Shown piece by piece: positions 42,260-54,490 of a DNA stretch of 64,000 nt. Each line of letters opens with the position of its first letter. The first letter of the stretch is position 1. The position numbers and the translations under genes are program-made. Source of the DNA: Octopus sinensis (Eukaryota); contig NC_043014.1 of assembly GCF_006345805.1 (NCBI RefSeq), positions 20,956,001-21,020,000 of the forward strand, read 5' to 3'. The notes below the pieces were generated by a model, which saw only the letters and a program-made list of their open reading frames with translations, had not been told where the DNA came from and did not search any database.

Positions 42260-42760
42260 TGAGGGTATTGGTGTTGGTGTTGGTGTTGGTGTGTGCAATA
42301 CACAGTGGTGTGTCGTGTGTGGTGTAGTGAGAGCTGGAGAATTGATAGTATGTTGTGTGGTTGTGTATTGGACGGTGCGATGTGACTTGGTGTTGTATAG
42401 AGTATAGTGTTTGTGAGGTTGTGACAGTGTTGCGGTGTTGAGGATGAGCGGTGGCGTGTAGTGAAATATAGCGGCATATGGTGGTGGTGGTGGTGGTGAT
42501 ACTGTTGGTGGTGATGATGGCGGTAGCGGTAGCGGTGGTGATGGTGGCGGTAGTGGTGGAGGTGATGGCGGTGGTAGTGGTGCTGTTGGTGGCGATTGTG
42601 GTGGTGGTGCTGATGGTGCTGGTGTTGGTGGTGGTGATGGGTGGTGGTGGTGATGTTGACTGTATTGGAGGTGGTGGTAATAATTGTGGTATGGTAGTGC
42701 TGGTGATGGTGGTGATGGTAGTGATAGTTGGTAGTGGTGATGGTGGTAATGTGTTAGTGC
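42260..42760. repeat. degenerate (GGT)n/(TGG)n low-complexity tract
   Basis: Direct inspection. Confidence 0.9.
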
Positions 42761-43544
42761 TAGGAAGTCCAGCGATGGTATCAATTTTTGCTGTTTTTTT
42801 TAATCCAGGGTCAAGCTTAACAAGATTTGATCAAATATGTTGCATTTTCTATTTAGGCTTTTCATTACAAGCAATACGACAGTAGCGTGTAGTGGCGGTG
42901 GAATGTTTGTGGTAAGAGGGGGAGGTGATTGACTGTGGTGGGGTGTCGTGACGATGGTGATGGTGTTTGACGGAAATGAGCGGAAGAGTATCAATATATT
43001 GATTTATGAAGGTGACACTGGTGTCTCTCCCTCTTTTGCGTACACTTCTTCTCACTGTATTTGGATGTGTATTTGTGTGTGTGTGTGATAGAGGGAGAGA
43101 GTGTATGTGTGTGTGTGCGCGCACGTATGTGTTCGCACGCGAGTTTGTGTGTGTTTGTGCATATTGTAAACAAAGCTCATAATTGTTTCTTTTCTCGTGT
43201 TTTGGGAGATTTACTTGTGGTTTCAAAGTTTGTAATGCCAACTTTTGCTGTTTCTGTATGAGTGCAGATGTTGTCTCAGGCACAGTTTGAATATGTTATA
43301 AGTTCTTCCTATAAAGTACGTCTATGTGTGAGCATTTATTTTCGAGGAGACTTGACTTTCAAATAATTACAAACTATGCTGAAACCTTTCTAAACTTTAA
43401 AAAAAGAACACTTTCTTGCTATGCATGAGTAACTCCTTGTTTTCAACATAAGCTCACTCAAATTCTGTCATTCCATAATCTTCAAATTGGCTCAAACAAT
43501 TGCAAATAACTGAACAAACACAACATACACTATAAGCCGATAAG

Positions 43545-43780
43545 AAGGCAGCGAGCTGGCAGAAACGTTAGCACGCCGGGCGAAATGCTTAGCGGTATTT
43601 CGTCTGCCGTTACGTTGTGAATTCAAATTCCGCCGAGGTTGACTTTGCCTTTCATCCTTTCGGGGTCGATAAATTAAGTACCAGTTCCGCACTGGGGTCG
43701 ATGTAATCGACTTAATACCTATGTCTGTCCTTGTTTGTCCCCTCTAAGTTTAGCCCCTTGTGGGTAATAAAGAAATAGGT
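43545..43780 (+). mobile_element. SINE family D, young full-length copy
   Basis: ggcagcgagctggcagaaacgttagc...gggtaataaagaaata; near-identical to 52994-53225. Confidence 0.9.
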
Positions 43781-43794
43781 TGCGCCAGTTGCAT

Positions 43795-44480
43795 TATCCG
43801 CTTATAGTGTATGTAGTGTTTGTTCAGTTATTTGCAATTGTTTGAGCCAATTTGAAGATTATGGAATGACAGAATTTGAGTGAGCTTATGTTGAAAACAA
43901 GGAGTTACTCATGCATAGCAAGAAAGTGCTTTTTTTTAAAGTTTAGAAAGGTTTCAGCATAGTTTGTAATTAGTTGAAAGTCAAGTAGGGGTTATACCAC
44001 TTGATTTCTTTGTGTGTGGCGGTAGATTCTGAATTGTTTTCGGTCTCTGTATAGCGGTCTCTGCATTTGAAAGCGTTGTTTTATATATTGTCGTTTGCGT
44101 CGAAGCCAGATCTGTTATATGAGACTCCACTGAGGCAAAGCTAAACGTTCCAAGATAGATTTAAATGCTGATTGGTGACTGGTTGGATAAGAAGTGTATA
44201 TATAGTAGAATTTCATTAAGGTTTTATATGAGTAGAGTATTGGAGGTTGGTGCCGTTTCAGGTGACATATAAAAAGTTTACTCTTTCGAGGCTTATACCA
44301 ATTGCTTTTCTTAAGTTCAATTATTTTAAGTAGAGAGGTGAGGATGTTCCTGTGAAACCAGCGCTCATATCTTTGAAGAACAGGAAGCCGTCTTCTCTAT
44401 AAAGAGATGGTGTGTAATTTGGAGCGTACTTAGTGAGTTATGAAGAGACTAATCATGTCACTTAGCTCAGCTGAGTATAA
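43795..44480 (-). mobile_element. Penelope-like RT/linker fragment; its 3' part is duplicated inverted at 43352-43540
   Basis: SLYREDG (GLYRDDG-like); WYNP..TNYAETFLN..KKHF..FNI. Confidence 0.65.
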
Positions 44481-44584
44481 CATTTCCGTGCTGAATCTGA
44501 AGGAGTGTGGGAGAGTTTTATACTACATTCAAGAAATTAGAGATGTTCTTGTTTTGCATAAAGTAGTTGAATTCAAAAACAACA

Positions 44585-44964
44585 GATTTTTCTTCCCCAA
44601 GATGAAAATGCAGCTCAAAGGTCGCCGTTTTAACACCATTGCCAAAATCCAGAGCGAATCACAGAAGGTCCTCGACTCGCTTACGGAAAACAAAGATTAT
44701 ACAGAGTTAGCAAAAAATGCAGCAATGATCCCAAAGATGCATGTCCTCAAATACCTTACGCATCCTGTATATACATGAGGTGATATCAAAAGGTTCCAGG
44801 ACTAGTTATATTTAAGATCGGATTCGAAAAGTGGCTGGAACGCTAGAGTCGGTGTATGGCTGCGAAAGGTGACTATTTCGAAGGAGAATATGTTAAAACT
44901 TGGGTAAATAATATATTTTACATTAAATATAACTAGTCCTGGAACCTTTTGATATCACCTCATG
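44585..44964 (+). mobile_element. mariner transposase C-terminus with 3' TIR and TA, interrupted by an inverted insert
   Basis: FFFPKMKMQLKGRRFNTIAKIQSESQKVLDSLTEN ... GFEKWLER*..GDYFEG; ends ttttgatatcacctcatg-TA. Confidence 0.85.
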
Positions 44965-44967
44965 TAT

Positions 44968-45935
44968 ATACAGGATGCGTAAGGTATTTGAGGACATGCA
45001 TCTTTAGGATCATTGCTGCATTTTTTGCTAATTCTGTATAATCTTTGTTTCAGAAAATAATAATGGCAGACACTCAGATTACTCAAGAAATGAAGAGGTA
45101 TGCTGTTATTGTGGTTATAAATGCTGAGTATAGTGAGTTAGAAATATCTCGAGTTTTAAAAGTTGCCAGATCTTTCATCAACAAAGTCTGTAAGGAGCTA
45201 AAGACTGAAGATGGAAATGTATCACTAGTATCAAAGCATAAAAAGCATTCTAAATGCTCTGAAATAATCAGAACACATGAATTTATCCAGCAAGTTCAAT
45301 AGACCAATGATTACAATCCCAGAAAGTCCATAAAGTCAATTGCAAAAGATTTCCATGTGTCAGAAGGAGCAGTCAGAAATGTCCGCGAAGTCATCAGATA
45401 TAAGTCTTATATGATGAAGGAAGGTCTATTTGTCAGAAAAAGCAAAAGAAAATCACTACATCAGTTCTAAAAGCTCTTAAACAAACTGAAAAATCCATCA
45501 GAAGATTTGATTTGGTTTTTCTCAAACGAGTAAAACTTCGGCCAAGATCAAAAACTTAACAAAAGACATGACAGATGGTTATGTGCAGACCCTTCTGAAG
45601 TTCCAGTGTTTTGCATACAAAATATCCTGCAGCTGTCATGGTTTTAGGGGTTGTCAGCAATGAAGAACATGCGATGCCTCCTTCCTTCTTTCCACAAGGC
45701 CTTAGAGTTAACTCTGCCGCTTACATTGAGGTCCTGGAAATAATTGTTAAGCCCTGGATTGACAGTGTATACAATGGAAGGCCATGTGTGTTTCAGTAAG
45801 ACTCTGCACTATCACACATGGTTCTAGTAACACAGGAATGGATAGCTAAAAATTTTCATGATCGCATAACCGTCTAACATTTGGCCTCCTAATTCTCTAG
45901 ATCTCAATCCATTGAACTATTACATGTGGAGCGTT

Positions 45936-45982
<47 letters not shown>

Positions 45983-46200
45983 AATGAACACGCCCATAAC
46001 ATCAAATATACTATGAAAGCTGCTATAGTGAGAGTAATGTCCAAAATGAAGCAGGACCACTTGATTCGAGCATGTAGATGATTTAGATTTCAGATAGAAA
46101 CAGTTGTTGAAACTGAAGGTGGCTTTATTGAATAAAATTATAGAAAAGACGGTTTATTTTTATCCTCATAGACTTTTTGGATAAATAAATTTATCATCTG
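44968..46200 (+). mobile_element. DD37D (maT) Tc1/mariner-superfamily fossil; 3' TIR not found
   Basis: TA-caggatgcg start; VMVLGVVS..VKPWI..VFQ*DSA..WPPNSLDLNPLNY, with 37 residues between the second and third catalytic positions after correcting one frameshift. Confidence 0.82.
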
Positions 46201-46518
46201 TTATTATACATCTATTAGTTCCTTCCATTGTGCAGTTCTATTGGTTCCTTCCATTGTGCAGTGCTAAAATTTGAGTTAACTGTCTGTTTATGTATAGTAT
46301 GGTAGGGAAATGTGGTTGCAGAACTCGTCAAGATCTTTATTTCTTCCTTTCTGGGGGATGTGTTCACTTTTGTTTTTGACTAGTGAGTCATCTTCAGTAT
46401 TGAAACTGGTTGATGATTCTGTGAGTCTTAATTTTCTGCAGAATTCTGTTATACTGTCCTTGACTTCAAAGAGGGATAAAAATTCAAGATCAAATCTAGT
46501 TTCACTTGTGCTTCAGAA

Positions 46519-46803
46519 AACCTAATTTATGTCATAAGATACTCGGGCTGCCACAAAAACTACATAGGGTCCACGGGATTATCGCTCAGACGCACATGCA
46601 CTCTGCATCGACAACAGATTGCATTCCCAGAATACAGAATGATACCCTCTAGTGAACATATTGAGAAATGCGCAAAGCAACTACTACCACAATTTTTAGT
46701 CTTTCCATTCTATCAATGTGCTATTGGAACACCAACACAAATTAGATTTAAAAAGGAAACATTCTTCATTCAAAAATATAAACCAAAACTTAACCATTCC
46801 TAA
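46519..46803 (+). pseudogene. Penelope-type GIY-YIG endonuclease fragment
   Basis: NLIYVIRYSGCHKNYIGSTG..LHRQQI..SEHIEKC..FPFY..KETFFIQKYKPKLN. Confidence 0.8.
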
Positions 46804-47216
46804 CATTTTTATACAAGGAAACCCATCTCATTGAAAGAATATAAAGCGATTATCTCCCTTATACTTGAAGAAATCCCTGATTACCTTCCCCTGCCTGGAA
46901 CTCTTCACTTCATAGCGAAGACATGACACGATGTAGGTAAAGAAATTTGAGAAATTTGAAAAGAAAATGCGAAACCGGTTATTTCTCCAAAAACTATGTT
47001 ACTATACACAAAGTTTTATGACATTTTTCTAACATAACGACTTAAATATATTCTTTAACCTTATAACACAAGCCTTGTGTAGTTTTTTCACTCTTTTTTA
47101 TTTTTTATACATCTAACCACGTGCTTTCACACACCAACTCTCTCACCTATATATATATATACATATACATATGCACTTACACGCACACACACATATATTA
47201 TGGATGGATGTATATG

Positions 47217-47312
<96 letters not shown>

Positions 47313-47567
47313 TATATATTTCGTTTTGGGATTTGGTTTGCAAGATTCTTTATGTGAGTTCGTGTGTTGAAACATATTCTGTTGTGTCTGAGGAGAGTTA
47401 TTCTCTTTTAGTGCCTTATAATTTAACACACTCACTGGTAAAATTTCCACTCATTTATGTATTTTTTAAACATTTTTTTGCGTCTTGCAACCTATTCAAT
47501 AGTTGTTAACTCTGTCCGTTATCCGAGCTGCGTTCTTTTTGCTTGTTTGTGCGCATGTGTCTGGGTC

Positions 47568-47608
<41 letters not shown>

Positions 47609-48500
47609 ATACACATGTATGTATGTATGTTATGTAAATGTATATATGTGAGTGTGTGTATATATATATGTACATGCATATGTGTATAGGCGAGTAGATA
47701 TGAAAGTAAACAGATAGACATACAGACGGATAGGTACATAGGTAATATTAACAGACAAGCACACATACACAAATGAAGACTGAAACACACGACCATATGC
47801 ATACACACGTCACTTCACACAAGGACACATATGGAGATACTCATCCACACATGCACATACACATCCATACATACAGACACAGTGTCACAAAAACACATAC
47901 ATATAGGGACACACACACACACACAGACACACTCAGACATGCACACACAAGGAGCACAGAGGTACACACACACATGCAAACACACACACATAAAAACACA
48001 CAAATACACAAACACAGGAATATGCAGAATACATACATACAAACGTACACACGTACACACATTTATACACACCCATACATACACTTACAAACACACACTT
48101 ACAAACACACACTTACATGTAGACATACATACATACATACATACATACATACATACATACATACATGCATACATGTGTATGTCTGTGTGTCAGTGTGTGT
48201 GCGCATACACATGCATGCATACATGTGTATGCGCACACACACTGACCCACAGACATGTGCACAAACAAACAAAAAGAACGCAGCTCGGTTTATGGACAAA
48301 ACGCAACGAAAAGTTTAGAAAAATAAATAAGTAAATGAGTGGAAACTTTACCGGTGAGTGTGTTAAATTATAAGGCAGTAAAAGACATAGACTCTCCCCA
48401 CACACAACAGACTATATATGTATATATATACATACATATACATACATATATATATATACATACATACATACATACATACATACATACATACATACATACA

Positions 48501-48529
<29 letters not shown>

Positions 48530-48531
<2 letters not shown>

Positions 48532-48710
48532 GAATGACTATGGGGTTGCACCTAGAAAGTTACCCTCCGAGGCACAAGTCTGGGCAAGGTTGTTTATGGA
48601 AAGCCAGCATTCGCCCACGCATACCAGCCTCCCCTCTCCACGCCACCGATGTTATCCAAGGGAAAGGCAAAGGCCAATACAGCTTGGCACCAGTGACGTC
48701 GCAGCTCATT
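48530..48710 (-). mobile_element. SINE family C 3' part
   Basis: Reverse complement of 56560-56700. Confidence 0.75.
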
Positions 48711-48988
48711 TATTAACGTGCAAGTGGCTGAGCACTCCACAGACACGTGTACCCTTAACGAAGTTCTCGGGGAGATTCAGCGTGACACAGTGTGTGACAA
48801 GGCTGGCACTTTGAAATACAGATACAACAGAAACAGTAAGAAAGAGTGAAAGAAAGTTGTGGTGAAAGAGTATAGCAGGGTTCACCCCCCCCCTGCCGGA
48901 GCTTCGTGGAACTTTAAGTGTTTTCGCTCAATAAACACTCACAATGCTCGGTCTGGGAATCGAAACCGCGAGTCCGCTGCCCTAACCA
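48710..48988 (-). mobile_element. SINE family B, tail type 2
   Basis: Matches 50980-51295. Confidence 0.8.
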
Positions 48989-49137
48989 TATATATATAAT
49001 GGCGAAAAGTGACACTCCAGTTGATATGTATAAGGAAAATAAAACAAGACAGAAAATGCGGAAATAATTTTATCATGAAATACATTTCATGATAAAATTA
49101 TTTTAGCATTTTCTAACCTTGTCTTATTTTCCTTATA

Positions 49138-49192
<55 letters not shown>

Positions 49193-49410
49193 ATCTTGGC
49201 ACAAGGCCAGCAATTTCGAGAAGGAGGCTAAGTCATTTACATCGAACTCAGTGCTCAATTGATGCTTATTTTATTGACCCTGGCACCATTTGACGGACGA
49301 AGTGCCACTAGGCATTTTGCCCGGCGTGCTAATGATTCGAGGCAGTATTAAATACTACCTACCGATATATGTATGTATCGGTAGGTAATAGTGGGGTAAA
49401 GGGAGAAAGT

Positions 49411-49447
49411 ATTTTACGTTTCGAGCCTACGCTCTTCAACAGAAAGG
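49411..49447 (-). ncRNA. degenerate minimal hammerhead motif
   Basis: ttt-CTGTTGA-A-gagc gtag gctc-GAAA-cg-TA-aaa; core has A6 replaced by U. Confidence 0.55.
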
Positions 49448-50924
49448 AATAAGAGAAAATAAACAGAGAGAGAATTTTAAAAACTAATAAAGTTAGCGGT
49501 CAAGCACGGGAATGGTTGGGAAAAATAGTTTGATAGGTGAGGTAGAAAGAAGGGGGGATAATAAAATTTCACATTAATAATGAATTTGAAAGCCCAGATC
49601 CAAAACAAAATAAGGAAACATCCTCGATTTAAACAGTTTTTTAATATCTTACCATATCTCTTCGTCAACATGTGCCAACCACCAAAGTACTGAAGTGCAT
49701 CTGCTGCCATGAGAAAAACAGCGTCATAAGTGTTGAAGAGGAGCTCTTTGTATCGTATTCCTTGGCTGATAGCTAATATTACGCACCAGTAAAGTTGTAC
49801 TACTTTACTGCAACGTTACGTCAGATAAAAAGATTTCTGCTTATGAGTAGTAGGTCATGCATGGTTATGTCGTCACAGAGTTTTGAAGTAACAATAACAT
49901 AGATAACCAGAGTTGTCTATCTTTGAATAACAACCGTTCTGTTAGCTTTCATTTTGAAGAGCATGCATTTGCAGAGAGGAATAGGAAATAAAAACAATAC
50001 AGGATGCACAAATTAGACGGGGATGCAGGTAAAACACCTGGATGTGACAACCACAGCAGATTGTGCTGAATTAAGACCAAAGCTCATAAAGAGATTGTCA
50101 CTAATATTATCACGGGATTATCTATGAGACATGGTGTAGTGGCCAAAAACAGTGCTCAGTACAGTCCGTAGAAAGGAGAGTCCCGAAGATAAAAATATGC
50201 TACAGTGATGTGGAAGGCACACTCACTCAAAATATGAAAGAATGCAAGGGGAATGTTCCCGTGAAATCCTCTGTAAAATATAGCCACAAATGGTGAAGCA
50301 TAGATGATCTGGGATAAAGAAAATGTTTACACATTCAAGGCTATTTGTCATCCAGCAGATGTTAAAATATGCTTTAAAATAAATGACCATTAAAACACTT
50401 ATGCTAAACACATGAGAACTGCAAAAATTCAATCCACACTATAGCTTTAGAGTTATGTATGTAACTTAGATATATAAGTTACATATATATAAGGGGCGCT
50501 TAGATATATAATTAACTTAGCACCAGTATTGAGTTAGGGCATAACAAAGCTAGAAAATATGTGGCTAATTAATTAATTACAATTACAAATCGTTAATGGA
50601 ACCGTGAAAATATTCAAAACATTTCAGAAGTTCAATTTGTAATCTGTTCGCATGAGCACGTAAATAGATAAATACACACAGACCCAGGTATGCGTGACTT
50701 ATGAACATACATACATACATACATACATGCATACACACACACACACACACACACACACGCACGCACGCACGCACGCGCGCGCACACACACACACATACAT
50801 ACATACATACATACATACATACATACATACATACATACATACATACATACATACATACATACATACATACATACAACATACATACATACATACATACATG
50901 GGTGGGTGGGTGGGTGGCACTCTA

Positions 50925-51295
50925 TCGCTTACGACGATGAAGGCTCCAGTTGATCTGCTCAACAGAACAACCTGCTCGTGAAATTAACGTGCAAGTGGTT
51001 GAGCACTCCACAGACATGTGAACCCTTAACTTAGTTCTCGGGGATATTCAGTGTGACACAGAGTGTGACAAGGCTGGCCCTTTGAATTACAGGCACAACA
51101 GAAACAGGAAGTAAGAGTGAGAGAAAGTTGTGGGGAAAGAGTACAGCAGGGTTCGCCACCATCTCCTGCCGGAGCCTCGTGGAGCTTTAGGTGTTTTCGT
51201 TCAATAAACACTCACAACACCCGGTCTGGGAATCGAAACCGCGATCCTATGACTGCGAGTACGCTGCCCTAACTACTGGGCCATTGCGCCTCCAC
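50925..51295 (-). mobile_element. SINE family B, full length, tail type 2
   Basis: Intact tRNA-like head. Confidence 0.9.
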
Positions 51296-51639
51296 ATACA
51301 TACATGCATACATATGGCGTTGAAGTCAGTCACCTCGGTATAAAGGGAGCATTTACCTTTCTGTAATGAATACTATCCTTAGAACTTCTGCCATTGATAC
51401 AAGCTTAGTAAAAAAAAATGTTTTTTTTCGATAAATGTGAGAAAGCTCCTTTTTCACGGAAGATCATAGCAGTTATCGAACGTAGATAATTGACTGAAAT
51501 TCGACTCGTGTGATTACTACTACATATCCCATGGCTGGACATGAAACAGAGATGATAAGATATTGCAGCTTGTGCAACTATCGAGAGAAATTTCGGTGAA
51601 CATTTTAATGGAATCAAGGCCTCAATCAGTTCTATAAAG

Positions 51640-52330
51640 AGACTAAAAATAATCTTTCAATTGGCATCATGAAAAAGACGAAGATTGATTGGTATCTAAA
51701 ATACCTCAACTTTACGCCAACAAGCAACCTTCGTCGAGAAAACAATTTACTATTATCTCTGCAGAATATCGAAATCATACAGTAAACAAGAGTCAGACTA
51801 GACGAGTAAATACTTCTCATGAAAAGACCGTAAACAACACGGACCGCGACCAATAAGACAACAGCAATAAGTCTGAAATGAACGAGTAGTAAAGGAAGCA
51901 CAGTCAACAACAAAATTCTAACAAAGCTTTCACCATCTATAAACAAATACATGAGAGAGCAATCACCACAAGAACTAAAAGTAAATCTCCCGACCTGTTA
52001 TCCGCAATGGACCAAATGGCTAAAAACAACTAGCAGAGGTCGAAAATTCCAAATTCTGAGCATTGAATAATCTACTATATTGTGCTCAATTAGCATTCCC
52101 CAACAGCTTGGCAGTAACAGAGATGGCTCATAACGAGGAAATAACAACCAAAGTGGATAACTTCTCTCCAGACAACTACCGAGTGACTCGGAAAAAATAG
52201 CGGACAATTCAACTGTCATTAAAATCAGAGTAACAAATTCACTTACCACCAGTTGTGACTTTATGATAGATTATCTAAGGTTTATGATGACAGTCGACAA
52301 GAGACACTAATGGGTAAGCAAATAGCTCGT
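51640..52330 (+). mobile_element. possible highly degenerate LINE ORF2 (linker/RT start)
   Basis: Coding-like A-rich composition and a DNYR-like motif; no clean frame. Confidence 0.3.
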
Positions 52331-52379
52331 AAACACGAACTGCGTGCGAACAGTAAGTGGAAAACATCGTTGATCGCCA

Positions 52380-52620
52380 TTTTAAAGCCTAGCCAGGCTC
52401 ATGGGCCCGGTTTCCCGGTTTCAATGGCGTATGTGTTCCCCAGCTGGACGGGACACCAGTCCATCGCAGCGTTACTCATTTTTGCCAGCTGAGTGGACTG
52501 GAGCAACGTGAAATGAAGTGTTTTGCTCAAGAACACAACGCGTCGCCCGGTCCAGGAATCGAAACCACAATCTTACGATCGTGATGCTGACACCCTATCC
52601 ACTAAGCCACGCGCCTCTAC
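52380..52620 (-). mobile_element. tRNA/CORE-like SINE with a family C head and a different tail
   Basis: Reverse complement gaggcgcgtggcttagtggatagggtg..ggtttcgattcctgg..gttcttgagcaaaacac. Confidence 0.85.
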
Positions 52621-52993
52621 ATGGAAAACATCGTTATCGAAACAAAAATATCGAGAGTAAAAGCGCAAGTTTGCACTAATCCCACAGACGGTATACCACA
52701 GTATGAAAGGCCATACCGTCAAGGTCATAAAAACTTCTCAAGATTATCTATAGTCGTTTCGGGAAGTAATCTAGAATACAAGCAAGTCACAAAACGGTGA
52801 TACAATGTAGCTAAATGAGATACGGAGTAGCTCTCAAAACATCAGCAGTGAAGTTTTCCTGATAGCTCTTGCAAAACTACCAAACTCAAAATTACCTTGG
52901 AGAGACGTGATAGTCGGTTGTCGATAAAGAAACCTCAAATCCCGCCTGAGTCAACTTTGCCTTTCATCCTCACTGTGTCACAATAATAGTACC

Positions 52994-53225
52994 TATATCT
53001 TTATTACCCACAAGGGGCTAAACACAGAGGGGACAAACAAGGACAGACATAGGTATTAAGTCGATTACATCGACCCCAGTGCGTAACTGGTACTTAATTT
53101 ATCGACCCCGAAAGGATGAAAGGCAAAGTCGACCTCGGCGGAATTTGAACTCTCAACGTAATGCAGACGAAATACCGCTAAGCATTTCGCCCGGCGTGCT
53201 AACGTTTCTGCCAGCTCGCCGCCTT
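52994..53225 (-). mobile_element. young SINE D inserted into an older plus-strand SINE D
   Basis: gtcacaataatagtacc is duplicated at ~52977-52993 and ~53250-53266. Confidence 0.88.
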
Positions 53226-53374
53226 TAATAATAGTACCTTTAATAATAGTCACAATAATAGTACCAGCTGAGCACTGGCGTCGGTGTAATCGACTTCCTC
53301 CTCCTTACAAAATTACTGGCCTTGTGCCAAAGTTAGGAATAATCAAATACTAATCTTTTTTACTATAGGCACAA

Positions 53375-53570
53375 GGCCTGAAATTTGGAGAAGGAAGACT
53401 AGTCGATTACATCGACCCCAGTGCTCCACTGGTACTTATTTCATCGACACCGAAAGGATGTAAGGCAAAGTCGACCTAAGCGGAATTTGAACTCAGAACG
53501 TAACGACGGACGAAATACCGCGAAGCATTTCGCCTAGCGAGCTAAGGATTTTGCCAGCTTACCGCCTTAA
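53375..53570 (-). mobile_element. SINE family D
   Basis: Homology to the other D copies. Confidence 0.85.
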
Positions 53571-53635
53571 TGATGATGATGATGATGCTCTGATGCTGTA
53601 CCAGGTAGTGGCGCTCATGGCTTTTGATTTTAAGG

Positions 53636-54005
53636 CCTCTACACCTTCAATTCGTTGTATATATAGTCTTTCTATGTCAGATTTTGGGTGGTGTATTCTA
53701 AATTCCGTCATTATTTTTCTTGTCTGATTTGGTTAGTTCATTTAGCGGTCCAATTTAGAATATAGTAACTGTAACTTACAACAGAGCCAGCTTGAGTGCT
53801 GATACTTATTATCTTGTTTCTCACATTGAGCTCTGTTTTAAGTATTGATTTAACTCGTCTATAGTATTCCTTCCTTGTCTTCTCCTTCATTTGAGTGCGT
53901 TGAACCGTATCTAGTTGTTCATTGATTCTTAAGTATTTGTATGTCTGGCTTTGAATTATTTCTCTTATTAAATTTTTTTTATCTAATATGATATTGTTTC
54001 TTTTA
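53636..54005 (-). mobile_element. diverged Dong RT fragment
   Basis: Homologous to 1-240 and to 38460-38790 (HHPKSDIERLYIQRIEG). Confidence 0.8.
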
Positions 54006-54259
54006 ACAGGATCTAGTCAACTGCAGTAAAAGGATCTAGTCAACTGCGGTACCACCCAAGGCACTATGTTTGGCTTACTTCTCTTCATAATTTACATAAA
54101 CAGTATCAAATAGCATCATAAATACGATCTAATACAACAAAATATAAAGTTAACAGCGGAGTAGTTGACGGGATAAATTTCATTGTGTGATTCAATGGGT
54201 GAAATAAACATCGTACTAAACAAGGAAAATTTGAACTCATCCCTTCGGAGAAGAGGATA

Positions 54260-54490
54260 TACTTAATGCTCTTTAATGCTATTTATGTAAATTATGAAGA
54301 GAAGTTAGATGGTACCGCTAGTTAATTTTGCTGTGCTTGATTAGATCCTGTTTATCACTACATAGTGAACTCTGCTTATTAGGAAACAACCCAAAGAATG
54401 TTGCGATTGATTCCGTCGAAGGTCTCGCTAAAATCAAAATAGGTTGTTTCTGCATTTGAACCTTCTGTCAAAATTGTTTAAAATGTCAAA
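54260..54490 (-). mobile_element. CR1/L2-like RT fragment, partly duplicated inverted at 54005-54130
   Basis: DFSETFDGI..; PQGTMFGLLLFIIYIN in the inverted copy. Confidence 0.55.

Noticed and set aside
42233-42885. Pro-rich and Val-rich ORFs (extensin-like)
   Set aside because: Degenerate (GGT)n low-complexity tract.
46900-46985. Possible hammerhead downstream of the GIY-YIG fragment (cgaaga...cgaaaccggt)
   Set aside because: The core lacks U4 and stem I does not pair; too decayed to call.
49950-50250. Possible LINE RT fragment (KTPGCD)
   Set aside because: One weak motif only; no supporting downstream motifs.
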